Made by a program: the position numbers and the translations under genes. DNA of 64,000 nucleotides from a bacterium (lineage in GTDB: Bacteria > JAAXHH01), in contig OZ241920.1 of assembly GCA_965203885.1 (NCBI GenBank), positions 3,611,372-3,675,371 of the forward strand, given 5' to 3'. Below the pieces are notes generated by a model, which did no database searches, was not told where the DNA came from, and worked only from the letters and a program-made list of their open reading frames with translations. Below, piece after piece: positions 21,542-30,969 of this stretch (position 1 is its first letter; the number at the start of each line of letters is the position of its first letter).

Positions 21542-22536
21542 TGCGGGTCTTCCCGCTCGATCTCGAGCCCGGGACCCGGCGAGGGCTCGAGTATGCCGGC
21601 GGCGCCGGCGTCCATCATGATTCGGGCCAGTTCGCGGGGCGACTCGTGAAGCGCCACGATAGCGCCGCTGCTTCCCGCGAGCTTGGCGCCGGACGCGCCC
21701 GCCCGCCGGGCGAGTTCGATGAAGCGGTCGTCCTCCGGATTGGATCCGCCGAGCGACTGCGTAAGCGCCTGGTTCTCGTTCATCAGCTTTCCCAGCCGGT
21801 CGAGCCGGTCCTCGAGCATCGCTTTCTTCCCGTCCCTGGCCAGGGCCGCGATGGCATCGTACGCTTCGACCACTTCGGTTTCCCCTGCCAGCCAGCGTTC
21901 CCGCAAGGGCGTGTGGACGCCGCCGGATACGCGCTGGCCGCCCGTGATGACCACGACGACCGGAAGGGATGCGACAGAGGACAGCGGCTCCATGGTGGCC
22001 AGGGGATCGGTCCCGTATGCCAGGTGGAACTCCTTTCCCCTGAAATCCATGTAATGCAACCCGCCGAAGGTGCACATGTAGGCGTCCTGGTACCCGCAGA
22101 ACGTCAGGTTCCGGTACTCGATCCCGCGGACGAGCTCCGCGTGGTGGTATGGACTGTGGCGTATGCCGCGGAAGGCGAGCAGGCCGGCGACCATGGATAC
22201 GAGCAGCGCAGTGGACCCCGATAGTCCGGCGCGGAAGGGTATGTCGGTCGACCAGGAGATCCTGACGCGCAGGTCCGTGGATTCGGTACCGGAGAGCGCG
22301 ACCCGGGCGATATCGAATATGTCTTCTCTGGTGACCAGGTCGTCCGGCGTCGAGACGACCCGCTGTTCGGCGCCGGCGTCCAGCATCAGGCGGTCCGCCG
22401 GCTGGATCCTGACGCGGGCCCTTTCCGTCGTCGAACACGAGATCACGCTGCCGCCGTACATGTCGGTCGGGTTGCCGACGATGCCGACGCGGCCGGGCGC
22501 GGATGCGGTTACTGTGCCGTTCAACTGGTCTCCCAT
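21505..22536 (-). CDS. GHMP sugar kinase, glucuronokinase-like
   Basis: APGRVGIVGNPTDMYGG, IPFRAGLSGS, CGYQD, AKLAGSSGA. Confidence 0.75.
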   Translation of the reverse strand: MGDQLNGTVTASAPGRVGIVGNPTDMYGGSVISCSTTERARVRIQPADRLMLDAGAEQRVVSTPDDLVTREDIFDIARVALSGTESTDLRVRISWSTDIPFRAGLSGSTALLVSMVAGLLAFRGIRHSPYHHAELVRGIEYRNLTFCGYQDAYMCTFGGLHYMDFRGKEFHLAYGTDPLATMEPLSSVASLPVVVVITGGQRVSGGVHTPLRERWLAGETEVVEAYDAIAALARDGKKAMLEDRLDRLGKLMNENQALTQSLGGSNPEDDRFIELARRAGASGAKLAGSSGAIVALHESPRELARIMMDAGAAGILEPSPGPGLEIEREDPQGATVNREWESP

Positions 22537-22609
22537 CGGCGCGAGCCGGCTGGCCCGGGTTGTTCCTGATGGTATGCGCGTCGCAACGCCCGCGTTCCGC
22601 GCGCGCCGA

Positions 22610-23566
22610 TCATGTTTCCTGTAGCCGCCCCTGCAGGAGGTCGCGAAAGGAAGTACCGTCCACTTCGTCCTCCAGGGCGTAGTCTGCGAAGGCTTCCCAG
22701 TAGGTCAGGGGCGTGCCGATGTCGTAGCGCCTGCTTTCAGGGTCCAAGGGGACGCACCAGACCGAACCGCCCTCCCGGAGGAGGCCGCGGATGGCATCGG
22801 CAAGCCACAGTTCGCCGTTCTGCCCTCGGGGCGTCGCCTCCAGCGCCGGGAAGATGCCGGGGCCGCAAATGTACCGGGCCGAAACGGCGTAGCGGCTGGG
22901 CGCGTTCTCCACGGCCGGCTTCTCCACGATATCATCGATGGGGAATGCCGAGCCGGATTCGAACCGGGGACGTACGATACCGTACCGCGACACCTTGTCT
23001 TCCGGCACGTACTCCACCGCGATGGTGCACGCCGCGCCTTCCTTCGCGTGGGTTTCCATCATGCGCCGCACGACGCAGCCTTCGGCCGCCGACCGGATCA
23101 CGGCGTCGCCCCAGGCCACTACGAAGGGGTCCGGTCCCGTGAAGGACGCGCCCAGCCGCACGGCGTCGCCGTTGCCGCCCGGGACATCCTGCCGGACGAA
23201 CGAATAGTCGAGCGCGGGCGGCCCAGGCGGTCCAGGCGGCCCAGGCGGCCCGGCCTGATCGGACATATCCCGGCCGGATCGTTCCCGGCGTGGGCCGCCC
23301 GGCTGCCCACCGTGCGGCTCACCTGGCTGACGTCCTCCGTGCGGCCCGCCCTCCTGCCCGCACAGTTCGAAGTACTCCTCGATCGCCTTCTTGCGCCTGG
23401 ACGTCACGAACAGGATGCGTTCGATTCCCGCCGCCGCCAGTTCATCGACCACGCGGTGAATCGCCGGTTTGCGGCCCAGCGGCAGCATTTCCTTGGGAAT
23501 GGAACGGGTAAGCGGAAGCATCCGCGTGCCCAGGCCGGCGACGGGCACCACGGCTTTCCGGATCAT
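22610..23566 (-). CDS. GalU-like sugar-1-phosphate nucleotidyltransferase
   Basis: KAVVPVAGLGTRMLP...PKEMLP, VEKP, GELWLADA; internal Gly/Pro repeat insert. Confidence 0.85.
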   Translation of the reverse strand: MIRKAVVPVAGLGTRMLPLTRSIPKEMLPLGRKPAIHRVVDELAAAGIERILFVTSRRKKAIEEYFELCGQEGGPHGGRQPGEPHGGQPGGPRRERSGRDMSDQAGPPGPPGPPGPPALDYSFVRQDVPGGNGDAVRLGASFTGPDPFVVAWGDAVIRSAAEGCVVRRMMETHAKEGAACTIAVEYVPEDKVSRYGIVRPRFESGSAFPIDDIVEKPAVENAPSRYAVSARYICGPGIFPALEATPRGQNGELWLADAIRGLLREGGSVWCVPLDPESRRYDIGTPLTYWEAFADYALEDEVDGTSFRDLLQGRLQET

Positions 23567-24222
23567 CCGTCACCTTCCTGTCGCGCGGTACGGACCGCAT
23601 CCACGTATTTCCGGGCCGTATCGGTGAGCACGTGCCATTCGCCCGCGGCCGCGGCGGCGCGGTCGACCAGGTTGCTTCCCACGGCGACGGCGCAGGCGCC
23701 GGCCCGGATGAAGTCGCCCGCGTTGTCCAGGTCTACCCCGCCCGTCGGCATGAGGTCGACCTGGGGGAGCGGCGCCTTGACGTCCTTGAAATACCGTGGT
23801 CCGACCACGGTGGCGGGGAACACCTTCACGATGTCCGCGCCGCTTTCCCAGGCTGTCAGGATTTCCGTCGGCGTCAACGCGCCCGGGATGACGATCTTGT
23901 CGTACCTTCGGCAGAGGGTGATGACTTCCGGGTTCAGCGTCGGCGTCACGATATACTCGGCGCCGGCCAGGATGGCGGCGCGGGCCGTCTCGGGATCCAG
24001 CACGGAACCCGCGCCGAGGAGGAGTTCATCCCCGAGCCGGTCGGCGCATTCGCCGATGACGTCCAGGGCGCCGGGCGTCGTCATGGTGATCTCGACGGCT
24101 CCGACGCCGCCCCTGCCGATGGCCTGGGCGACGTGGACCAGCGCGTCGGGGCTGTCCGCCCTGAGTACCGCGACCACGCCTCCCGCCTTCATGGTTGCGA
24201 GGTTTTCAATTCTCGTAGACAT
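23563..24222 (-). CDS. eda: KDPG/KHG aldolase
   Basis: VEITM, GAGSVLD, PGALTPTE, VKVFPA, PTGGV. Confidence 0.93.
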   Translation of the reverse strand: MSTRIENLATMKAGGVVAVLRADSPDALVHVAQAIGRGGVGAVEITMTTPGALDVIGECADRLGDELLLGAGSVLDPETARAAILAGAEYIVTPTLNPEVITLCRRYDKIVIPGALTPTEILTAWESGADIVKVFPATVVGPRYFKDVKAPLPQVDLMPTGGVDLDNAGDFIRAGACAVAVGSNLVDRAAAAAGEWHVLTDTARKYVDAVRTARQEGDG

Positions 24223-24259
24223 GGACTGACTCCAGCTGTGGATACGCGCGAGCTTGTGG

Positions 24260-24661
24260 TTACTCCAACGTGACCTTCACCTTGCGCTCCGGCCGCTCGT
24301 GCAGGTGTCCGTGTCCCGTCAGGGCGACGCCCAGGCGTATCGACGGCTTCCCGCCCACGGGGAATATATGATGGAAAGTCAGGGCCGGCACGTAGATGAA
24401 GTCGCCCGCCTTCGCGTGGACGGTTTCGTCCCGCCCCTCGATCACCCAGTCGATCTCTCCCTCCAGCACCAGCCACCATTCGTCGTAGTCGTGACAGTGG
24501 TTGTCGTTGATCGTACCCGATTCCTGCCAGATGAACGCGGCCGTCACGTGGTCCGCGGCGACGACGGCGCAGGAGGCCGGCGGCGGGCCGATCTGTTCCT
24601 TGATCTCCTCGATGTTGATCCGGTTGAGCGCGGCGTGCATGATCGAATTCCGTGAGGCCAT
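24260..24661 (-). CDS. Cupin domain protein
   Basis: HCHDYDEWWLVLEG ... AGDFIYVPALTFHHI. Confidence 0.85.
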   Translation of the reverse strand: MASRNSIMHAALNRINIEEIKEQIGPPPASCAVVAADHVTAAFIWQESGTINDNHCHDYDEWWLVLEGEIDWVIEGRDETVHAKAGDFIYVPALTFHHIFPVGGKPSIRLGVALTGHGHLHERPERKVKVTLE

Positions 24662-24843
24662 CGTGTTGCTCCTTGAGATCGGAGTGTCGGTGTAACGTAA
24701 ATGAGTTTTATTCGCGATATGCGCGGCGGCGATGTGACGCCGCGGTTCTTCGTGGCGCCCGCCGCACGACTCGTCAAATTGCCGCGCCGTCACGCGACCC
24801 GTAATTCGCCGCACCGACGGGATCCGGCAGTTCGCCGCACCCG

Positions 24844-25959
24844 TCACGCGACCCGGTACCGGGCAATGGTTTCCTCGTTTACCGTGACGCCCAGTCCGGG
24901 TCCCTCGGGCACCGCCACGAAACCGTCGTCATCGATGGCGAACCGTTCACGGGTCAGTTCGTGCCGCAGCGGCGATTCGGACATGCAGAATTCGAACACG
25001 GAGGCGTTGGGCAGGGAAGCCAGGGCGTGGAGCGACGCCGCCATGGTGATGCCGCTCTTGTAACTGTGATTGACGACCTTGCGCCCGTGCCGGTGGGCGG
25101 CCAGCCCGGCCGCCGCCATGGTCGTAATGCCGCAGCGGCCCGGGTCCGGCTGGATCCAGTCGAGCCCGCCCTCGGCGACCAGCCGTTCGAAGTCCTCGAG
25201 GCGGGACTCCGCTTCCCCGGTGGCGATGGGGACCGGGCTCTCCGCGGTCAGCGAGGCGTACCCTTCGATGTCGTCCGGATGGAGCGGCTCTTCGATCCAG
25301 AAAGGACGGAACTCGGCGAACTGCCGGGAGCGGGTCAGCGCCGTGTCCGAGTCCCACACCTGGCCCGCGTCGATGAGCACGTCCACTTCGTCGCCCGTGC
25401 CGGCGCGCGCCTCCCGGACCAGCGCGACGTCCTGCGCTTCGTCCTCGCCCATGGGGCCCCAGCCGAACTTGACCGCCGTGAAACCCAGGTCGGCGAACTT
25501 CCGGCCTATGGTCCGCGTGGCCGCGGGCGTGTCGCCGAACAGGACGGATGCATAGGCCCGGAACTTGAGCCGGCGCGCGCCGCCCAGGAGCTCGAAGACC
25601 GGCTTCCCGCTCGCCTTCCCCGCGATGTCCCACAGGGCAAGGTTGACGCCCGCCATGGCGTGCCGGCCCACCCCGACCCGGCCGTAGTAGTTGGCGGATT
25701 CCATCATCCGCTCCGTGCACCCGTCGATATCAAGGGGGTCGGCGCCGGCCAGCGCGTTGGCCAGTCCGTCGCAGATCTGGTGCGACAGCGGCGCGTCGAT
25801 GACGGCCTTTACCACGGTGGGACTCGAATCGACTTCTCCCCAGCCCGTTATGCCTTCATCCGTCTCGATTCTGATCAGGCAGGTATCCTGCGTTCCGTCA
25901 CAGGACTCCTTCACCTCCGGCAGCCGCAGAACCAGCGCGGCAACCTCAATGATCCGCAC
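24844..25959 (-). CDS. Mandelate racemase/muconate lactonizing (enolase superfamily) protein, probable sugar-acid dehydratase
   Basis: ETDEGITGWGE, ALWDIAGK, KFGWG, EEP, TGE, QPD; GTG start with GGGAGGA RBS. Confidence 0.9.
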   Translation of the reverse strand: MRIIEVAALVLRLPEVKESCDGTQDTCLIRIETDEGITGWGEVDSSPTVVKAVIDAPLSHQICDGLANALAGADPLDIDGCTERMMESANYYGRVGVGRHAMAGVNLALWDIAGKASGKPVFELLGGARRLKFRAYASVLFGDTPAATRTIGRKFADLGFTAVKFGWGPMGEDEAQDVALVREARAGTGDEVDVLIDAGQVWDSDTALTRSRQFAEFRPFWIEEPLHPDDIEGYASLTAESPVPIATGEAESRLEDFERLVAEGGLDWIQPDPGRCGITTMAAAGLAAHRHGRKVVNHSYKSGITMAASLHALASLPNASVFEFCMSESPLRHELTRERFAIDDDGFVAVPEGPGLGVTVNEETIARYRVA

Positions 25960-26030
25960 GCTTGCGTCCTCCCAGTTCACATCAATACCGGCACGTGGAA
26001 ATACGTCGGTTAATGTGTAAAACGACCCGG

Positions 26031-26304
26031 GGGGTGTCAAGGGGAGATGCCCCGGAGCAGGACGGGATGAACGGGCCTTTCAAAACACCTCCCGGGCACG
26101 GAATATTCCAGGTTCCGAGTCGCGTCCGCGTGCCGCCGGAAGTCGCATCCAAGTGCCGCCCGAAGCCGCGTCCGCGCGCCACCGGAAGTCGCATCCAAGT
26201 GCCCCCTGGAGCCTCGCCCAAACACCCTCCGAAGCCGCGTCCGAATGCCGCCCGAAGCCGCGTTCGGATGCCGTCCGGGCCCGGCAAATAACCCTTGACA
26301 CCCC
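26031..26304. promoter_or_regulatory. Divergent promoter region with 13-bp inverted repeats containing TTGACA and internal 22-bp repeats
   Basis: ggggtgtcaaggg (26031) / cccttgacacccc (26292); about 7 cgaagccgcgtccg-like units at 26117-26278. Confidence 0.6.
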
Positions 26305-26415
26305 GTCGCGTACGCTTGCACTATTGAAGCTGGACCGCCGGTAGCCCCGCCCGTTTCACGAACCGGCGGAGTCGCCCCGTTTTTACCGCAGCGGCGCATC
26401 AGAAACCTGACCCTT

Positions 26416-27348
26416 ATGATCCGATACATCATATACCGCATCGTGGGCTTGATCGGCGTGCTATTCCTGGTCACGATCATCACCTTCAGCCTGATGCATG
26501 CGGTTCCGGGCGGCCCGTTCGACGAAGAGAAGATGCCCCTGTCGGCCGAGGCCAAGGCGAACATCCTGCGCAAGTACGGCCTGGACCGGCCCCTGTACGA
26601 GCAGTACGGACGGTACATGTGGAACGCGCTGCAGTTCGATTTCGGCATCCCCTTCCAAAGTCCGGGCGAGACGGTGACGGACCTTATCGCGCGGACCTGG
26701 CCCATCAGCATGCAACTGGGCGGCATGGGCCTCGCCGTGGCCTTCTCCTTAGGCATCCTCCTGGGCGTCCTGTCCGCCATAAAACAGAACACCTGGATGG
26801 ACTATGGGACGACTGTGCTCGCGACCCTGGGGATCACTGTGCCCAGTTTTGCCATTTCCATCCTTTTCATCGTCCTCTTCGCGACCATATGGAGGGTCCT
26901 GCCCACGGGCGGATGGGGCGGGCCCGAGACCTGGATCATGCCGGTGATCGTATACGCCCTGGGTCCCATGGCCATCATCGCCCGGTACACCCGTTCGAGC
27001 GTGCTTGAAAACCTCCGCATGGACTACGTGCGCACGGCGCGGGCGAAGGGGCTGAAAGAGCGCAGCGTCCTGTTCATCCACGTGCTGAAGAACTCCCTGA
27101 TCCCGCTGCTGACCATCATGGGGCCCATGCTGCCCGGGGTGATGACCGGGTCGCTCTTCGTCGAAGGCATCTTCCGGATCCCGGGTCTGGGGCAGTTCTT
27201 CGTCACCAGCATCTTCGAACGGGATTATCCCATGATCATGGCGCTGACGCTGCTCGTCGCGGTGCTGATCGGGATCGTCTACCTGATCACGGACATTTTG
27301 TACGCCCTCGTGGACCCGAGGGTCAGGTACGTACGGGGGAGCAAGTGA
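26416..27348 (+). CDS. oppB: Peptide ABC transporter permease
   Basis: [30 protein letters not shown]. Confidence 0.93.
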   Translation: MIRYIIYRIVGLIGVLFLVTIITFSLMHAVPGGPFDEEKMPLSAEAKANILRKYGLDRPLYEQYGRYMWNALQFDFGIPFQSPGETVTDLIARTWPISMQLGGMGLAVAFSLGILLGVLSAIKQNTWMDYGTTVLATLGITVPSFAISILFIVLFATIWRVLPTGGWGGPETWIMPVIVYALGPMAIIARYTRSSVLENLRMDYVRTARAKGLKERSVLFIHVLKNSLIPLLTIMGPMLPGVMTGSLFVEGIFRIPGLGQFFVTSIFERDYPMIMALTLLVAVLIGIVYLITDILYALVDPRVRYVRGSK

Positions 27349-28301
27349 TGGACAACGGCTCTTCGCGGTCGAAGCGTACTTTGCGGGACTACCTGGGTAT
27401 CTCCGCCCGCGGATTCTGCATGGGGGTCGCCGACGTCGTCCCCGGCGTGTCCGGGGGGACCATGGCTTTCATCCTCGGCGTGTACGAGGAACTGCTCGAC
27501 GCCGTGCACGCCGTCAACGTGCGGTTTCTCCGGTCCCTGGTAACCTTTCGGTTCGGCAGAGCGCTCTCCGGTTTTCCCTGGCGGTTCCTGGTCGCCCTCG
27601 TCACCGGGATCATGGTGGCGATTTTCAGCCTGGCCCAGTTCTTCGCCTGGGCGCTCGACCACCACCCCGTCCACGTGTGGGCCTTTTTCTTCGGCCTGGT
27701 GCTCGCTTCGATCATCACCGTGCGGGGAAAGGTGTCCGCCTGGACCGCGACGGAAGCGCTCGCGTTGCTCCTGGCGGCCGCGGCCGCCTTCGTCCTGGTG
27801 GGCGCCGTTCCGGTCGAGACGACCTCCGCCGCCTGGTTCGTGTTCCTGAGCGGGGCGATCGCGATCTGCGCGATGATCCTGCCCGGCATCTCGGGCTCGT
27901 TCATCCTGGTCATTCTGGGGAAGTACCAGTACATGCTCACCGCCGTGGTCGAACGGAATTTCCTGCCCATCATCATATTCGGTTGCGGCGGGATCCTGGG
28001 ACTGGTCTTCTTCGCGCGGGTGCTCAGGTGGCTGTTGCGTCGTTACCATGACGTAACCGTGGCGGCCCTGATCGGCCTCATGGCCGGTTCGTTGCGGAAG
28101 ATCTGGCCGTGGAAGGAAACGGTGGAAACGGTCACGGACAGTCAGGGCGTGGTCAAACCCCTGGTGCAGTTGAACGTCCTGCCCGCGTCGTTATCGGGAG
28201 AAGTCCTGCTGGCCATTTCCCTGGGAATCACCGGCTGCGCGATCGTACTGATCATCGAGCGTCTCGCGGCAAGGCGCTCCACCCATAAAACGGAAGAATA
28301 G
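27345..28301 (+). CDS. DUF368 membrane protein (putative undecaprenyl-phosphate translocase)
   Basis: [16 protein letters not shown] and [10 protein letters not shown] repeated motifs, KIWPW. Confidence 0.9.
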   Translation: MMDNGSSRSKRTLRDYLGISARGFCMGVADVVPGVSGGTMAFILGVYEELLDAVHAVNVRFLRSLVTFRFGRALSGFPWRFLVALVTGIMVAIFSLAQFFAWALDHHPVHVWAFFFGLVLASIITVRGKVSAWTATEALALLLAAAAAFVLVGAVPVETTSAAWFVFLSGAIAICAMILPGISGSFILVILGKYQYMLTAVVERNFLPIIIFGCGGILGLVFFARVLRWLLRRYHDVTVAALIGLMAGSLRKIWPWKETVETVTDSQGVVKPLVQLNVLPASLSGEVLLAISLGITGCAIVLIIERLAARRSTHKTEE

Positions 28302-28307
28302 CAAACG

Positions 28308-29183
28308 ATGACCAGCACCATGACGGAAATCTCCCAGACCACCGGCGGCCTCTGGCGCGACGCCCTGCGCCGCTATATGAAGAACAAGCTGTCCGTCGTG
28401 GCGGCGGTCATCATCATCGTCATCTCGTTCATGGCCGTCTTCGCGCCCTGGGTCTCGCCTTCCCATTATTCCGAGGCCAATTTCGACGCGGCCTGGCAGT
28501 TCCCGTCCTGGACCCACCCGATGGGCACGGACAGCATCGGCCGGGATTACTTCAGCCGGATCGTGTACGGCGCGCGGATTTCGCTCATCGTGGGATTCGT
28601 CGCGCAGATGATCTCCCTGCTGATCGGGGTGCCGCTCGGGGCCATCGCCGGGTTCAAGGGGGGCAAGGCCGACTACATCGTCATGCGCCTGGTGGACGTC
28701 ATGTCGGTCTTCCCCAGCCTGCTTTTCGCCATCCTGATCATGGCGTGGCTGGGCAGCGGCCTGAGCAACGTGCTGTTCGCCATCGGCGTAACCGGATGGG
28801 TGGGCGTATGCCGTCTGGTCAGGGCCCAGTTCCTGTCGCTGCGGGCGTCCGATTTCGTCCGGGCGGCCCGGTCCATGGGCGCTTCCAACGTGCACATCAT
28901 CGTCCGCCACATGCTGCCCAACGCCCTCAGCCCCATCATCGTCGGCCTGGCCATGGGCATCCCCCAGGCCATCTTCGCCGAGGCGGGACTGAGCTTCCTC
29001 GGCCTGGGCATCAATCCGCCCACGCCGAGCTGGGGACAGATGGTCAGCAGCCACCTGCCCAACGTGATCTACTACTGGCACCTCGCCCTCTTTCCGGTTT
29101 TCATGATCGCCCTGGTCATGCTCGGGTTCTCGCTCATCGGCGACGGCCTCCGCGACGCCCTCGACCCGAGGATGAACGAGTAG
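28308..29183 (+). CDS. oppC: Peptide ABC transporter permease
   Basis: HPMGTDSIGRD, AARSMGAS, LSFLGLG, GDGLRDALDP. Confidence 0.93.
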   Translation: MTSTMTEISQTTGGLWRDALRRYMKNKLSVVAAVIIIVISFMAVFAPWVSPSHYSEANFDAAWQFPSWTHPMGTDSIGRDYFSRIVYGARISLIVGFVAQMISLLIGVPLGAIAGFKGGKADYIVMRLVDVMSVFPSLLFAILIMAWLGSGLSNVLFAIGVTGWVGVCRLVRAQFLSLRASDFVRAARSMGASNVHIIVRHMLPNALSPIIVGLAMGIPQAIFAEAGLSFLGLGINPPTPSWGQMVSSHLPNVIYYWHLALFPVFMIALVMLGFSLIGDGLRDALDPRMNE

Positions 29184-29210
29184 GACGTTCCGCCGCATGG
29201 CAGGTGCAAC

Positions 29211-30950
29211 ATGCGTATTCAGACCCGCATGCCGATACTTCGGCCTTCGATCCTCCTCGTCCTCGCAGCGGCGGCAACCTGGACGGCCTACGGCCTGGTC
29301 GATACCATCGGTTCCGGCGGCGGACCGCGACACGTCAACTCCATCGGCGTCACCCTCCCGGCGGACGCCCTGCCTCCCGATCAGCAGGTCCTGCGCGTTT
29401 TCTCGGAATCCCGGCCCTACAACGAGTGGTTCCGCACGGTTTACAAGGGCGCCGCGGGCAAATACATCATCGCCGAACCGCTGACGCGCACGGACCGGAA
29501 TTTCACGTTGCGGGGCGGCGCGGCGGAACGGTGGGAAATGTCCGCCGACGGGCTCGAATGGACCTTTCACCTGCGTCCGGGACAGCAGTGGAGCGACGGC
29601 CGGCCGCTGACGGCCCATGACTACGTCTTTTCCCTGCGCCGGGGCGCCGACCCGGAAAACGCCTACGACTTCGGGTGGTACTACCAGCCGATCCGGAACT
29701 GGCGGGCCGTCGTCGCCCGGGAAGTGCCGCTGGATTCCCTTGGCGTCCGGGCTTCCGACGATCTCACGCTGCACGTGGCGACCGAGGAACCCACGCCCCA
29801 CCTGCCCCTGCTGCTGACCTATTCCTGGGTTTCGCCCGAGCACGCGGTCAGGAAATACGGCGATACCTGGTCCACCCGCGCCGAGACCTGCGTTTCCTCC
29901 GGCCCCTTCGTCATGACGGAATGGACCAAGGGCGAACGGATGGTCTACGAGGCCAATCCCAGGTACCGGGGCGCCGACAAACCCTACCTGGAAAAGCTGA
30001 TCTACAAGATGTTCAACCTCACCACGCCGCCCCCGAGGCTGCCGGCGTACGAGGCGGGCGAGATCGACCTGACCGAGGTGGAGAACCAGGCGGAGCTGGC
30101 CCGCCTGCTTTCCGACGACAACCTGGGCGGACAGGTGCATACCTGGCCCAATTTCTGGACCCATTACCTGTTCTTCGACGTCACGAAACCGCCGTTCAAC
30201 GACCGGAGAGTACGCCTGGCCATCAGTCTCGCCATCGACCGGGCCGCGATCTGCCGATCCGCGCTCAAGGGCTTCGCCATACCCGGCTACGCCATGTTGC
30301 CTCCCGGGTTTCCGGCCTATTCGGGGGATGCCTACGCCGAAAGCCAGCGATACGATCCCGCTCGCGCCAGGCAACTTCTGGCGGAAGCCGGCTATCCGGA
30401 TGGACGGGGTTTCCCCGAGCTGGACATGTGGCTGCGCAACGAGATCGCCATGCACCGCGACGCGGCCGAGGGACTGCAGGCGATGCTGAACCGCAACCTC
30501 AACATGAAGGTCGAAGTGCGCAACGTGGAGAACAAGGTGTTCATGGACGGCCTGAACAACCATACGTTCGCTTTCGGGCTGGTGCCCTACGAGTTCGATT
30601 TCGTGGATCCGAGCAACCTCCTCGGGCTCTGGCGGTCCAACGGCCGGCACAACTGGAACAATGCCGACTTCGACGGCCTGATGACCGCGGCCGACGGCGA
30701 GGTCCGGGACCCGGACCGGCGGATTGCCCTGTACAGGGAGGCGGAGCGGCTCCTGGTGGAGGACGTGGCCGGCGTGTTCCTGTGGCACAGGCAGCGGGCC
30801 CAGGTCTGGAAGCCCTACCTGAAAGGCTCGGCGCTGGAGCCGAACGCCGACGGGTACCGGTCGTGGCGGGGCGACCAGGTGATGAGCTCCTCCATCACCC
30901 TGTATATCGCGGAAGAAGAGCCGGGACTGGCCCATCCCGGGCGCCGATGA
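29211..30950 (+). CDS. oppA: Peptide ABC transporter substrate-binding protein (family 5)
   Basis: WTFHLRPG..WSDG.PLTAHD, SGPF, VRLAISLAIDR, LLAEAGY. Confidence 0.9.
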   Translation: MRIQTRMPILRPSILLVLAAAATWTAYGLVDTIGSGGGPRHVNSIGVTLPADALPPDQQVLRVFSESRPYNEWFRTVYKGAAGKYIIAEPLTRTDRNFTLRGGAAERWEMSADGLEWTFHLRPGQQWSDGRPLTAHDYVFSLRRGADPENAYDFGWYYQPIRNWRAVVAREVPLDSLGVRASDDLTLHVATEEPTPHLPLLLTYSWVSPEHAVRKYGDTWSTRAETCVSSGPFVMTEWTKGERMVYEANPRYRGADKPYLEKLIYKMFNLTTPPPRLPAYEAGEIDLTEVENQAELARLLSDDNLGGQVHTWPNFWTHYLFFDVTKPPFNDRRVRLAISLAIDRAAICRSALKGFAIPGYAMLPPGFPAYSGDAYAESQRYDPARARQLLAEAGYPDGRGFPELDMWLRNEIAMHRDAAEGLQAMLNRNLNMKVEVRNVENKVFMDGLNNHTFAFGLVPYEFDFVDPSNLLGLWRSNGRHNWNNADFDGLMTAADGEVRDPDRRIALYREAERLLVEDVAGVFLWHRQRAQVWKPYLKGSALEPNADGYRSWRGDQVMSSSITLYIAEEEPGLAHPGRR

Positions 30951-30969
30951 GAGATTTAAGGAGGCGATC

